A DNA stretch of 63,197 bases, filler included, from Octopus bimaculoides (GCF_001194135.2; 6 parts of 5 records of this genome joined end to end with filler, not necessarily neighbours in it); one strand, 5' to 3'. Shown: positions 1 through 11,024, counted from the whole stretch's first letter. Translations and numbers: made by a program. The notes: a model not told the origin generated them from the letters alone.

Positions 1-69
1 ATATACATCTATATGTATACATATACATCTCTCTATCTCTCTTTCTCTCTTTCTCTCTCTCTCTGAAAA

Positions 70-379
70 TATCTGTCATTACAGTATCGAAATGTGATTG
101 TTTCAGTTAGTAGAATAGTTTCATTTTTAAAGTGAAAGTATTTGACATGAGTGTTTTTGTTTCACTTTTGACACGTAATACTTAAATAGTGGAGGAGATA
201 TTATGTTGACATGGGCTCGAACTCTGCAAGAAGTTAAAAATTTTTTTGACTAAAACACAACTGGAACCCTAAGTAAGGCATGTGTAAAATTTGAATGAAA
301 TTGGTTGCGTAGTTCTCGAGTTTTAGGGATTCACACAGACAAACAGACAGACAGACATTCTCATTTTTATATATATAGA
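70..379 (-). mobile_element. Helitron/Helentron-type non-autonomous element, 5' portion
   Basis: Minus strand reads A|TCTATATATATAAAAATGAGAATGTCTGTCTGTCTG...aactacgcaaccaatttcattcaaatttt, which has a 5' TC after host A and the same 5' motif as the element at 1811. The 3' boundary is uncertain. Confidence 0.6.
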
Positions 380-629
380 TATATAATGTGTGTGTGTGTG
401 TGTGTGTGTGTGTTCCATAATTTCATTAGAAGTGAAGTGTCTTGTGATTTCCAAATGTGTTTATGTGTGCATGTGCAAGTAGATTGTTTGATTTGGTATA
501 CACATTTTATGTATTAAGAAAAAGGAGATAGTCAGGATTTTGATAAAACTATTTATTTAGCACTTTCATCTCTTTAAGAGATTCCTCTTGATGAATCCCT
601 AAATGGATTTTAGGTTAAGTAGTTAACTG

Positions 630-1340
630 GGCACAGAGTGAGATTGAATCCACATGTTTCTGGGTTCAATTTCACTGTGTAGCACCTTAGGCAGGTATCT
701 TCTGCTATAGCCTCAGGCTGACTTGTTTGTTGTGAATGGAATTTGGTTTTACTGAAATTGTGCTGAAATCTCTGTGTTTGGATACTACTGTAAGATAAGG
801 CCTATGTCTCTTTGCATCAAAAGATAACTTTGTTATACAGTATGTAGAGATCATTAGTACAAGAATATATATATGAAGAATTAAAATGATACCCTAGAAG
901 ATGGGGCCCCAGCATGGCCACAGTCCAATGGCTGAAAACTATTATCACAAGAGTTTGTGAGAATCAACTAAGAAGTTTACTTCCCAACAACATGATTGCA
1001 GGTTCAGTACGATTGCATGGCACTTTGGGCAAGTGTCTTCTACTATAGCTTCAGGCCGACCAAAGCCTTGTGAGTGGATTTGGTAGATAGAAACTAATAG
1101 AAGCCCATCATGTGTCTGTGTTTGCTCTACCACCACCACCACCACCACCACTGTTTGACAACCAGTGTTGGTGTTTTTACGTCCCTGTAACTTGTTGGTT
1201 CAGTAAATGGGACCAGTAGAATAAGTATCACACTTGAAATAATAATAAGTACTAGGGTCATTTTGTTCAACTAAAATTCTTCAAGGTGTTGCCCCAGCAT
1301 GGCCACAGTCTAATAACTGAAGCAAGTAAAAGATAAAAGA
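630..1340 (+). mobile_element. Two degenerate copies of SINE family B (tRNA head + CORE-like domain)
   Basis: ggcactttgggcaagtgtcttctactatagc ... gtgagtggatttggtaga ... ccagcatggccacagtc..tgactgaa motifs shared with the well-preserved copies at 6.7, 11.9 and 35 kb. Confidence 0.75.
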
Positions 1341-1370
1341 TAGCTTTAATGTACTTTACTCTCTTTCAAG

Positions 1371-1485
1371 GTGTATCAAGTCCTAACAAAACTACCACAG
1401 CTGGAAGTCAAGATGCATCTAAAAAAGAATGTATCAGATAATGGTGCAGAAGACAGTCAGACAGTAGAAATTGCCATTACTGCAG
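1371..1485 (+). CDS. ASCC3: ASCC3 (activating signal cointegrator 1 complex subunit 3 helicase), third-to-last exon, second Sec63 domain
   Basis: Acceptor ctctttcaag| at 1369-1370. Frame reads VYQVLTKLPQLEVKMHLKKNVSDNGAEDSQTVEIAITA. Donor |gtaac at 1486, phase 1, which joins in frame to the exon at 3473. Upstream exons lie outside the window. Confidence 0.85.
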
Positions 1486-1810
1486 GTAACATCCCTATCT
1501 TGATTTGTAAAAGTTTTATACCATTATTTTGTTTTAGCTTTTATTTTGATTTTTGAGTCTTCAAGCAGAAACATGTATGTAATTAAGTTCATAATGTAAG
1601 GATGCTTTTATACCATACAAGTAAGGAGGTCTCTAATTCAGTAATTCTTTACCTTTTTTCTTTTTATAGTGCATTCCTTTTAAGTTGTTGTTATGCCTAG
1701 TGCGTACCTAAGTGGCGAGTAAGGTATCATGACTAAACTAAATTAACATAGACAATAATGTATAAATTTTACTCTAAGGAAGAATTGTATAAGATTTTAA
1801 TAAATATTTA

Positions 1811-2686
1811 TCTTACATATTAAAACTGAAAATGTCTGTGTGTGTATGTGTATCGGTATGTCCCCGTTTTGCACCAAAACAGCTTGACTGATTCTTCTTA
1901 AACTTCACATACACATTGCTTATGTGTCTGGAGAGGTTTTAAGTATAAATTAATTTCAAAAAAATGTTCGGGAAAACAGCAGGGGGAATAAGATTTGGGC
2001 ATGAGTGAACAGTGGGAGTAATTATTTTTAAGCTTCCAAGGGAAATAACCCATTCCCTCCTGGAAATAACCACCAAGGGAAATAACCCATCCGTTATCAG
2101 TATGCTTATTTCTTAGTATTTGAACTATTTTAGCTATTTTCTCAATTTATCCAATACAACACTTAAACAAGTAAATAGTATTCTCCTAAATAGATCCACT
2201 TATTTCGATTAGTGACTTATTCACGAATATACCGACACTAGCACCACTAAGGGTAATATTCTCTGGGAACACACAAAAGCTTTATTTCACAGTTAATTAC
2301 TTTGAATTGTTATTATCTCATATCTGATTAGCCTGTTATTACGTAACATGTTTCACAATTTTAGTATACATACCTTATTAGTATTTCCTCCTAAAATCTA
2401 TAAACTCTGGGAATGTATTAAAGCCATTTATTTGAATTCTTACTATAGAGTAATTAATTTCATATTATTACATAACTGACTTCATCATTTGGGTATTCAT
2501 AACTTATTGGGAATTCCTAAAAACAAGATCCTTTGTAAGACAGTTCAGTATTCTCAAATAAATACACAAAAACCATTTTAAGAGCTACATACTTTGTATT
2601 GTTGTTACTGGATTAGCGAAACAGTTATGAGAATGGAACCAAGGGATAAGCCCGCTTTCCTGGGAATTACCGGGTATGTCAGCTAC
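1811..2686 (+). mobile_element. Non-autonomous Helitron-type element in an ASCC3 intron
   Basis: Host A|TC start (tcttacatattaaaactgaaaatgtctgtgtg). 3' hairpin cctgg-gaatta-ccggg (2659-2674), 8 nt, then CTAC (CTAG variant) followed by host T. No TSD. Internal ccaagggaaataaccc direct repeats at 2034-2092. Confidence 0.7.
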
Positions 2687-2709
2687 TATATATATATATA
2701 TGCTTAAAA

Positions 2710-2995
2710 TGATACCCTAAACCAACCAAAACCTTGTGAGTGGATTTCATACTCAGAAACTGAAAGAAGACTGTCGTGTATATGTGTATGCGTGTCTTGT
2801 GTTTGTACCCCCACCATTGCTTGACAACTGATGTTGCTGTGTTTACATTCCCATAACTTAGCGGTTTGGTAAAAGACACTCACAGAATGAGTACTAGGCT
2901 TACAAAAGAATAAATCGTGTGGTTGATTTCTTCTACCAACGGCAGTGCTCCAGCATGGCTGCAGTCACATGACTGAAACAAGTAAAACAATAAAA
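2710..2995 (+). mobile_element. SINE family B, 5'-truncated copy
   Basis: aaaaccttgtgagtggatt...cagaaactgaaagaag...gcttgacaactgatg...gtgctccagcatggctgcagtcacatgactgaaacaagtaaaa. Confidence 0.8.
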
Positions 2996-3179
2996 ATCTA
3001 TGCCATTTTAATCCCAAGCAAGGCCTGGTGTCTCTGCTAGTGCTTATAAAGATACTTATACAGGAAAAATTTTAATGTCAACTACAATTTTTACCAAGTG
3101 GATGTTTTTAAAATGGGGATTGATAAACTTTTGTTATTGTAATTATAAAATATGTATACTCTCACACGCACACATTTAG

Positions 3180-3295
3180 GTGCAGGAGATCTTCTACCCA
3201 CACCTTCTCTACAGATCAAGCAGGGCCATCTACTTGAAAGGGTTTGTGATTTGACAGCCTTCCAACTTGAGCGTTTTTCAGAATCATATTAAGAT
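3180..3295 (-). mobile_element. RTE LINE fragment (PHD-insert region of RT)
   Basis: Minus strand SSRWPCLICREGVGR, homologous to SGRWPCSICRKGVGR at 49.3 kb. Confidence 0.6.
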
Positions 3296-3472
3296 GACAT
3301 AAACATTTACTTTTTCTTTAGATTCATTTAAAAAAATTTATTTTTGTTTATTTACTATCAATTAGTTGAAGGTAATCAATCACTGATCCTAAAACAATTT
3401 GTTACAACCTCACATATACAGATATTAAGTTATCCTAAAAATTTAATTGTATTCACAACTCTGTTCACACAG

Positions 3473-3564
3473 GAGGGCACCGTAATTCAAAACAGTGGAT
3501 CAAAGTGAATGCTGATCAAGAATATACTTTACAATTGGAGTTAAGCAAAATTAATAAAACAAAA
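3473..3564 (+). CDS. ASCC3: ASCC3 penultimate exon
   Basis: Acceptor ctgttcacacag|, phase-1 start, peptide (G)GHRNSKQWIKVNADQEYTLQLELSKINKTK, donor |gtaagt at 3565. Matches the WIKxxADQEYxLQ motif of the ASCC3 C-terminus. Absent from the ORF track because it is short. Confidence 0.92.
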
Positions 3565-3813
3565 GTAAGTACTGTAACATATTTAATATTTACTAACTTT
3601 TTTTCTTTCTTGTAAGAAATTAAATTTCTGAGATAAAAAGAAACTATAAAGATTTTGAAATAAATCTTAGTTCCATCTGGACTAAGAGTATATATTTAAA
3701 CAATGTTATCTATTACTAAAATATCTGTTCTAAGGCTCTAATCATATGTGTAAAATACTGAAAATTAAATTAAAAATCAAAACTATGACCTTGTTTTATT
3801 TTTTTATTTTCAG

Positions 3814-4074
3814 AAACCTGACACTAAAGCTTATGTTCCCAAATTTCCTAAAGGTAAAGACGAAGGGTGGATATTAATTTTAGGAGAGATAGAATCACAG
3901 GAACTCATTGCTTTAAAAAGAGTTGCTTATGTACGCTATCATAGCCGGCCTCAGCTAGCCTTCTTCACTCCGGAAAAACCTGGTCGTTTCATTTACACAT
4001 TCTACCTGATGAGTGATTCATACCTGGGACTAGATCAGCAATATGATATCTTCTTGGAAGTATTGCCTTCATAA
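3814..4074 (+). CDS. ASCC3: ASCC3 terminal exon
   Basis: Acceptor ttttatttttcag|. Peptide KPDTKAYVPKFPKGKDEGWILILGEIESQELIALKRVAYVRYHSRPQLAFFTPEKPGRFIYTFYLMSDSYLGLDQQYDIFLEVLPS*. PKFPKxKDEGW, LIALKRV and LMSDxYLGLDQQY are recognisable ASCC3 Sec63/Ig-like motifs. Confidence 0.95.
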   Translation, partial: KPDTKAYVPKFPKGKDEGWILILGEIESQELIALKRVAYVRYHSRPQLAFFTPEKPGRFIYTFYLMSDSYLGLDQQYDIFLEVLPS

Positions 4075-4141
4075 TGTATATATGGTTTAAGAAAAAATGA
4101 AAATGAATAATCAGAAACTTTGTTATTAAAAGACTTTGCTG

Positions 4142-4147
4142 AATAAA
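4142..4147 (+). terminator. Candidate polyadenylation signal of ASCC3
   Basis: AATAAA about 70 nt after the stop codon, followed by a GT/T-rich tract (gttgtttctttttc). Confidence 0.5.
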
Positions 4148-4328
4148 TGCGTTGTTTCTTTTTCATTGGAGTGAATAATTATTTTGGAAGAAATTTTGTT
4201 TTTGATTCAAGAAAACTAAATGTGATTTTTTAATTCAACTCAAAAATTTATTGCTCTGGTCTCATGCCAGTTGGGTCCAAACTACCTTCAACTAGACGTC
4301 AATATTATAAATATTATAGTTATTGTTA

Positions 4329-4543
4329 AAGGCAGCAAGCTGGCAGAATCATTTGTACACCAGGTGAAATGCTTAGTGGTATTTCATCTATCTTTATGTT
4401 CTGAGTTCAAATTCTGCTGGGGTTAACTTTGCCTTTCATTTCTTTTGGGAGTCAATAAAATAAGTTCCAGCTGAGCACTAGGGTTGATGTAATCAACTTA
4501 GCCCCTCCCCAAAACTGTTGGCATTGTGCCAAAATTTGAAGCA
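4329..4543 (+). mobile_element. SINE family A (tRNA-derived head, conserved central core)
   Basis: A-box-like ctggcagaatc, B-box-like gagttcaaattc, core gcctttcat...aataagt.ccag...gggttgatgtaatcaact. Confidence 0.85.
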
Positions 4544-4554
4544 TATATTGATAT

Positions 4555-4700
4555 TCTTTTCTACTCTAGGCACAAGGCCCGAAATTTTGGGGGAAGGGGG
4601 CCAGTCGATTAGATCGACCACAGTACGCAACTGGTACTTAATTTATCGACCCTGAAAGAATGAAAGGCAAAGTCGACCTCAGCAGAATTTGAACTCAGAT
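4555..4700 (-). mobile_element. SINE family A, inverted partial copy, followed by a lone piggyBac-type MITE end (4700-4726)
   Basis: Reverse complement of the family A core (gtcgattagatcgac...actggtacttaatttatcgacc...gaaaggcaaagtcgacctc). atggcctgcttaaatgctaaagggtaa matches the MITE terminus at 16717. Confidence 0.8.
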
Positions 4701-5451
4701 ATGGCCTGCTTAAATGCTAAAGGGTAATGTATTAGGTGTTTAAGTAGTACTCTAGTTTAGGGGTTTGGTCATAGATTAGTAACCCTTTAAGTCTTCGTCT
4801 TTGGAAAGAAGACCTAGACTTTGAACTCATTGTTTTTGCCACGTGAAGTATGTATAACTTTCATAAAAGATTCTCAGGTTTTTGTGTTTAGCCTTTATGA
4901 AGATGCTGATGGTTTGTATTGTGTATTCATTGTTCATGGATAAGATGTGAATTGTGGGTTTAATTCTAATTAAAAGATAGTGCCGATCAAATTGTCCAAT
5001 TGCAATGAGTGGGGAGGAAATAAAAAAAGATGATAGTTTAATCCTACATTAAAAGGACAATTTGATTATATAATACCATAATTAGCAGGTTTCATGATTT
5101 GCAAGGAAGCAAATTACCAGGTATATTTTATGTGTATTTATATACTTATTTTCAAAACGAGACTTTTATTATTTAACCACCATAATTGTTAGTGTATGAC
5201 CGAATTTTTAGTTTTAGTAATTGCGGTTTCATTCACAATGTTTATGTCCTGAAGAAAGTATTGAGTGTCACACAAATATCATTTCCCTCTTGCTTATAAA
5301 CTTGAAGCACTATGTCTGATTGAGAACCATCATAATTCTTGTTTTTATATCCATATCTCTCCATTTTTTGCATAGGTTAGATTTGCCTGCCTACAAAACA
5401 AACATGTTTTCTATCATCTGTCAACTCCTGAATTATGTTGTGATGTTGAAG

Positions 5452-5680
5452 CTTTAGAAGAAAATTATATCAACCCCAGAGCTCAACTGGTACTCATTTT
5501 CTCAACCCAAAGAGTATGAATGGTAAATCTAACATTGATAGAATTTGAAAATAATGGTTTCAAATTTTGGCATAAAACCAGCAGTTTTAGAGGAAAGGGA
5601 TTTTGAACTCAGAACATAAAGAGCCAGATGAAATGTCATTAAGCATTTTGTTTGACTTGCTAACATTTCTACCTGTCTGC
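5452..5680 (-). mobile_element. Degenerate nested SINE family A pieces
   Basis: atcaaccccagagctcaactggtact and tttgaactcagaac...gaaatgtcattaagcatttt are reverse complements of family A segments. Confidence 0.6.
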
Positions 5681-6700
5681 CAACTCAGTAATAAGAATAT
5701 CTTTTATTTTGGAACTAAATAACTTGTGCATTGTAAGATAGAAGGGCAAAACTGAGCTAAACAGGATTTCAAGGATGACACTAGATATAATAAAGTGTTA
5801 TATGCCACTCAACCACCTTGAAAATAATAAAAATAATAATAATAATTTCTTACATTGGTACAATGACAAAAATTTTAAATCAGATTTATAGTCAACTTCA
5901 ATATTTGATTGGTGGTTATTTTATGAAGGGAAGAAGAATGATGTAATAAATTGATTAGATCCAGTCAGTCTAGCAATGGACCTAATACTATAACAAGATG
6001 TAATTATCTACTATAATAATACTCTTGAGTTTTTCTTCGTGCAATATATGAATGAGAAAGGAAGGGGTGATAGATGAATAAGGAAGGAAGGGGTGATAGC
6101 AAACTGGTGGTAGGATGATGGAAATTCTACAGTGGAAAAAGCAATCAAACAGCGCTTCAACTCTGTGTGAGTATATGTGTATGTAAAAGGGAGGTATGTA
6201 AATGTTTGTGTATGTGTATGTGTGCAATGGAAGTGGGATGGTGNNNNNNNNNNTGTAAATGTTTGTGTATGTGTATGTGTGCAATGGAAGTGGGATGGTG
6301 AACATTCAACAGTGAAAAGAAAAATCAAACAGCGTTTCAACTCTGTGTGAGTATATGTGTGTGCATGTACAAGCGAAGTATGTGAATATATGTGTGAACC
6401 AGCATTCTTTCAGTAACAAATGATGATCGATGTCCCATCTCAAAAGATAACCACTAGATAACATTGACAATTGTGATATCAGCTTTTGCTGTGATCATAA
6501 ACAAATCACAAGGACAGAGCTTCAAAATAGCTGGTATTTACTTGCCAGCTCCCGTATTTAGTCACGGCCAGCTTTATGTGGCCATAAGTTGTACAAGGAA
6601 GGAAGGAAAACTTTAAAATTCTTTTGAAGGAAGCAAGCAATCAAGGGATGTTAGTTGTGGATAGATTTTTTACAAAAAATTTGGTAATAAAAGAATTATT

Positions 6701-7016
6701 ATTTACTCTTTTACTTGTTTCAGTCATTTGACTGCGGCCATGCTGGAGCACCGCCTTTAGTCGAGCAAAGTGACCCCAGGACTTATTCTTTGTAAGCCTA
6801 GTACTTATTCTATCGGTCTCTTTTGCCGAACCACTAAGTTACGGGGGACGTAAACACACCACCATCGGTTGTCAAGCGATATTGGGGGGACAGACACAGA
6901 CATACACACACACATGCTTATATATATACATATATATATATNNNNNNNNNNNNNNNNNNNNNNNNNNNNNNNNNNNNNNNNNNNNNNNNNNNNNNNNNNN
7001 NNNNNNNNNNNNNNNN

Positions 7017-7047
<31 letters not shown>

Positions 7048-7214
7048 TATACACGAGTGGCTTTCAGTTTCCATCTACCAAATCCACTCACAAGGCTTTG
7101 GTCAGCCCGAGGCTATAGTAGAAGACACTTGCCCAAGGTGCCATGCAGTGGGAATGAACTGGGAACCATGTGGTTGGTAAGCAAGCTACTTACCACACAG
7201 CCACTCCTGCGCCT
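6701..7214 (-). mobile_element. SINE family B, full-length, with internal (TA)n/(CA)n microsatellite and N gap
   Basis: Minus head aggcgcaggagtggctgtgtggtaagtagcttgcttaccaaccacatggttccc..ttcattcc (tRNA-like A/B boxes). CORE-like ggcaccttgggcaagtgtcttc resembles the MIR core ccttgggcaagt. Tail ggccgcagtcaaatgactgaaacaagtaaaagag. Confidence 0.9.
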
Positions 7215-7692
7215 ATATATATATAAAATACTACAATTAGCTGTCATTTTTGACGGCATGGCGCTAGCTAGTTACTTTTATATTTTATGTCACAGTTAGT
7301 AAATATTAGTAACATTGGTTACAAGTTACCAGCAGGCCAGTCAATGGTTGACTGTATTTCTAGTGGTGAGAGTTACAAGGGAGTATCTGTAATTTAAAGC
7401 AGAACAATTATTGCAAGAGCACCAAAATTTTTTTGTCACCACTGCTTACGATTATTTTTGTCAATATGTATCAGCAAAAAACACACATACATACAATGGA
7501 TTCTTTTGCTCAACCTGAGATTAGTGGAAGTTACCCAAGATGCTACATAGTGATGTCCAAACAGGAACAATGTTGTGAAGCCAACTCTTAAAGCAAACAT
7601 CCTTACCCAAGAAAAGTTTTTCTCTTTTACTTCTAACACAGTTCTTATTGTATGTTAACTTACATTTTTTATTTATTATTATTATTATTATC

Positions 7693-8527
7693 AAAGTGCT
7701 ATGCTGGCAGAATTGTCAGCATATTAGACAAAATGCTAAGTAGCATTTCTTCCAGCTTTATCTTCTGTATTCAAATACCACTGAGGTCAAGTTTTCCTTT
7801 TATCTTTTTGGGGTCGATAAAATAAGCACCAGTGGAACACTGGGATCGAAATAATTGACTTCCCCCTCCCTTCAAAATTGCTTGCCTTGTGTCAAAATTA
7901 GAAAGGATCAAGCTTTTATTATTATTATTATTACTATTAAGGTGAACTGGTAGAATCGGTAGCACAGCAGACAAAATGCTTAGTGGCATTTCGTCTGTCT
8001 TGATGTTCTGAGTTAAAATTTCACTGAGATCAACTTAGCCTTTTGCCCTTTCAGGGTTGATAAAATAAGTACCAGTTGAGCACTGGGGACCAATGTAATC
8101 AACTTACATCCTTTCCTGAAATTGCAAGTCTTGTGCCTCTAGTACAAGGGATTATTATTATTATTATTATTAAGGTGATAAGCTGGCGCTCATTTGCACA
8201 TTGGACAAAATGCTTAGTGGCCTTTCGTCCATCCTTAGGTTCTGAATTCAAATCTGCCAAGGTCAACTTTGCCTTTCATCCCTTCCTTTCGGGGTTGAAA
8301 TAAGTATCAGTTATGCACTGGGGTAGATTACATCGACTAGCCTCCTCCCCCAAATTTCAGGCCTTGTGCTTACAGTAGAAAGGATTATTATTATTATCAT
8401 TAATTTCGTCAAGTCAACTTTGCCTTTCATCCTTTCAGGGTCAATAAATTAAGTGCCAGTGAAACACTAGGGTTGATGTAATCGATTAGTCCCCAGAAGT
8501 TCAGGCCTTGTACCTTTAGTAGGAAGG
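7693..8527 (+). mobile_element. Head-to-tail run of four SINE family A copies joined by (ATT)n
   Basis: Copies at about 7693-7908, 7939-8150, 8172-8383 and 8407-8527 (partial), each ending gga(ttatt)n. Confidence 0.85.
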
Positions 8528-8545
8528 ATTATTATTATTATTATT

Positions 8546-9089
8546 GAGTGAGAGAGCAGTGCATGCCATCAAAGTGACACTGGGGTAAAATATACGAAGC
8601 CTATTCTACCCATCATGACTACCCGTCTGATAAGGGTACACCAGGCAAATGCATCACAACCATATGTGCGCGACATGGTGATCTCATATCAAGATAAACA
8701 GCGCATGACCTTGCAGGTGGGGCTCAGTTAGAATTTTCTTCAGGTCGAATAGCCCATTCCGCTCAAAAGGTTTGTTTAAGGATGTTGAGCAAAACACCCA
8801 TGTTTCCAAAGGTGAATTATTCAAACCCCAAAGAACTCCTCTCAACACATGGCTATGATGCTCCCCCACTACTTCTGCTCATGATCAGAGATGCACATAT
8901 TGTCAGCCACCAAGGGCCATGCTCAACTGGTTAAGGTCAAACAACTGACAAGCAAATCTGTGGTATTAAGCAGAATATTTGCTGTAGCCCATCTTTTATA
9001 CCAAGACAAAACAATGTACATGATAACACTTCCAATCAATTAAGATGAAAAGCCATGAGAGCCACTGCCTGGTACTGCATCTGGGCATT
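8546..9089. mobile_element. About 545-bp unique-looking insert flanked on both sides by (ATT)n; probable retroposon or LINE 3' UTR
   Basis: (ATT)n at 8528-8545 and (TAT)n at 9095-9116 flank a non-coding, higher-GC segment starting gagtgagagagcagtgcatgccatcaaagtgacactgggg. No long ORF. Confidence 0.55.
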
Positions 9090-9120
9090 GGTACTATTAT
9101 TATTATTATTATTATTTCAT

Positions 9121-9330
9121 AAGGCAGTAAGATTACAGAACTGTTAGCACACCAGACAAAATATTTAGCAGCATTTCATGACTTTACATACTGAGTTCAA
9201 ATTCTGCTGAGGTGGACTTTGCCTTTTATCCTTTCGAGGTTGATAAAATAAGTACCAATGGGGCCGATGCAATCAACTTATCCCTTGCTTCAAAAACTGT
9301 TGGTCCTGTACCAAAATTTGAAACCATTAT
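9121..9330 (+). mobile_element. SINE family A copy
   Basis: aaggcagtaag..cagaactgttagcac...ctgagttcaaattc...aataagtacca...aaatttgaaaccattattatt. Confidence 0.8.
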
Positions 9331-9399
9331 TATTTTTAAAGCACTGGGGATTGCTAACAAATGTGTCATATATACATATAAGCGAAATCTGAAAAATAT

Positions 9400-9860
9400 T
9401 ATTCTAGTGCTTGAGGAAATCTAGAGCTTATCAAAATCTTAGAAAAATGTGATATCTCCAGTATCCAAAGCAGGCTGCTGAGAATGAAAGCTGATCGCAT
9501 TCCAAAAGTTCTTTTGTATGGCCAACAAGTAGAGGGATACCACAGTAAAGGAAGACCTGTTCTCAGGTATAAGAATAAGTTAGAGCAATCACTAAAGTCT
9601 CTACAGCTTAACTTGACATCTTAGGAAAGTCATTGCCTCGATCAATCTGCATGGTATAAAATGTGTTATGATGCATCAACATAATTTGAGTTGAAGAAAC
9701 AGAACAATAAAAGAATTATATCCTACAATCAACAGATATATTTGCCCAATCCCAGACAAAATCAAATCAGCAGTGTCCCCATTGTGACTTCATAGCAAAA
9801 TCCATACCTGGACTCAAATTACATTTATGCATCCATTGCCAAGAGATGCAACTTCTGTTG
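9400..9860 (+). mobile_element. RTE/BovB-like LINE, degenerate ORF 3' end
   Basis: Frame LRMKADRIPKVLLYGQQVEGYHSKGRPVLRYKNKLEQSLKSLQLNLTS*ESHCLDQSAWYKMC, the typical RMxxxRIPKxLLYG...GRPxxRYKD..W..DRxxW C-terminus of RTE ORFs. Confidence 0.8.
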
Positions 9861-10257
9861 TTTTATTTTAAAGTTTTCTCTTTTTCTCACTTTTTTCTTT
9901 AATTCCTCTCCTTCAAACACTCATACATCAAAATTGACAGGAGCAACCATCATTATTATTATTATTATTATTTCATACTTTTGTTATTATTTTCCCAATT
10001 TGTGTTATTCATTTTGCATGTTACATTTTAGTCATGCATTTCATCTCTCCATGGCTCAATAAAATAACCACTCGTCAAGCAATGGGGCTTTTAAATAAAT
10101 TACATCTACTCTCAAAAATTTGTGACCTGGGTTACAAATCCTATGTTATACCTTTCCAAGTGTTGATAAGTACCAGTACTACATTGAATAAATCAATTAC
10201 GCTCTTCCTCTACAAATGTGTGGCCATGCGCCAATAGATGAAATCGTTGTTACTAAA

Positions 10258-10708
10258 TATTTTATAAGGTAGTGAAGTAGAGTGGTGAGTTACGGCCCTT
10301 TATATTCTGGATTCTGGTCGAGGCCAGCTTTGACTTTTATACGCACTCAGTAAAATAACGTACCAATCAAGTATTAGCATTGATTTAATTGCCTAATTCT
10401 TTCCCCCAGAATGTCAGGCCTTGTGCTTATATGTTACACACACTGACTGCTACTGCTGCTACAGCAGCAGCATCAACGACGACGACGACAACAACAACAA
10501 CAAAGGCGCTGAGTTGGCAGAATTATTAGTACACTGGGGAAAAAATGCTTTGCAACATTGCTTCTGGCTTTAAGTTCCGAGTTCAAATTCTGTTGAGGTC
10601 AACTTTACCTTTCATACTTTTGAGGTTGATAAAATTAATACCAGTCAAGAACTGGAGTTGATAGCACCCTTCCCCAAAATTTTAAGCTTTGTGCCTACTG
10701 TATAAAAT
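10258..10708 (+). mobile_element. Two further SINE family A copies separated by a CTG/CAG/CGA/CAA microsatellite
   Basis: Degenerate copy at 10258-10430 and a better copy at 10503-10708 (aaggcgctgagttggcagaattattag...cgagttcaaattc). Confidence 0.75.
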
Positions 10709-10739
10709 TATTATTATTATTATTATTTATACCCCTTTC

Positions 10740-11002
10740 TTATTTTTTCTGACCAGGCTCCCGTGGTTTTATGGGTTTTTCCACGTGTAACCTTTCCTTT
10801 TTCGAAGCGCCTCCCCCTTTGGGAGTTCTACTTATTTATTTATCTATTTATTTATCTATTTATTTATTATATCCTTCTCCGTTTTCTTCCTCTGTTTAGA
10901 CGAACTTTCCTACCTTTTCGGACAAAACCTTTTGTAACCTTCGTCCTGTCTTTGTCCTTATATGTCTTTAATTGATATTAGCCCTTGTGGCCAATAAAAC
11001 GA
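10740..11002 (+). mobile_element. Probable LINE 3' UTR fragment
   Basis: Pyrimidine-rich segment ending ctttgtccttatatgtc...tagcccttgtggccaataaaacgaa plus (ATT)n. The terminal motif is shared with the SINE A subfamily tail at 34.9 and 47.9 kb. Confidence 0.5.
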
Positions 11003-11024
11003 ATTAATTATTATTATTATTATT

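Noticed and set aside
6197-6300. Perfect 47-bp duplication either side of a 10-N gap
   Set aside because: Typical unmerged contig overlap. The flanking diverged duplication (about 6117-6180 vs 6294-6360) may be real but is unremarkable.
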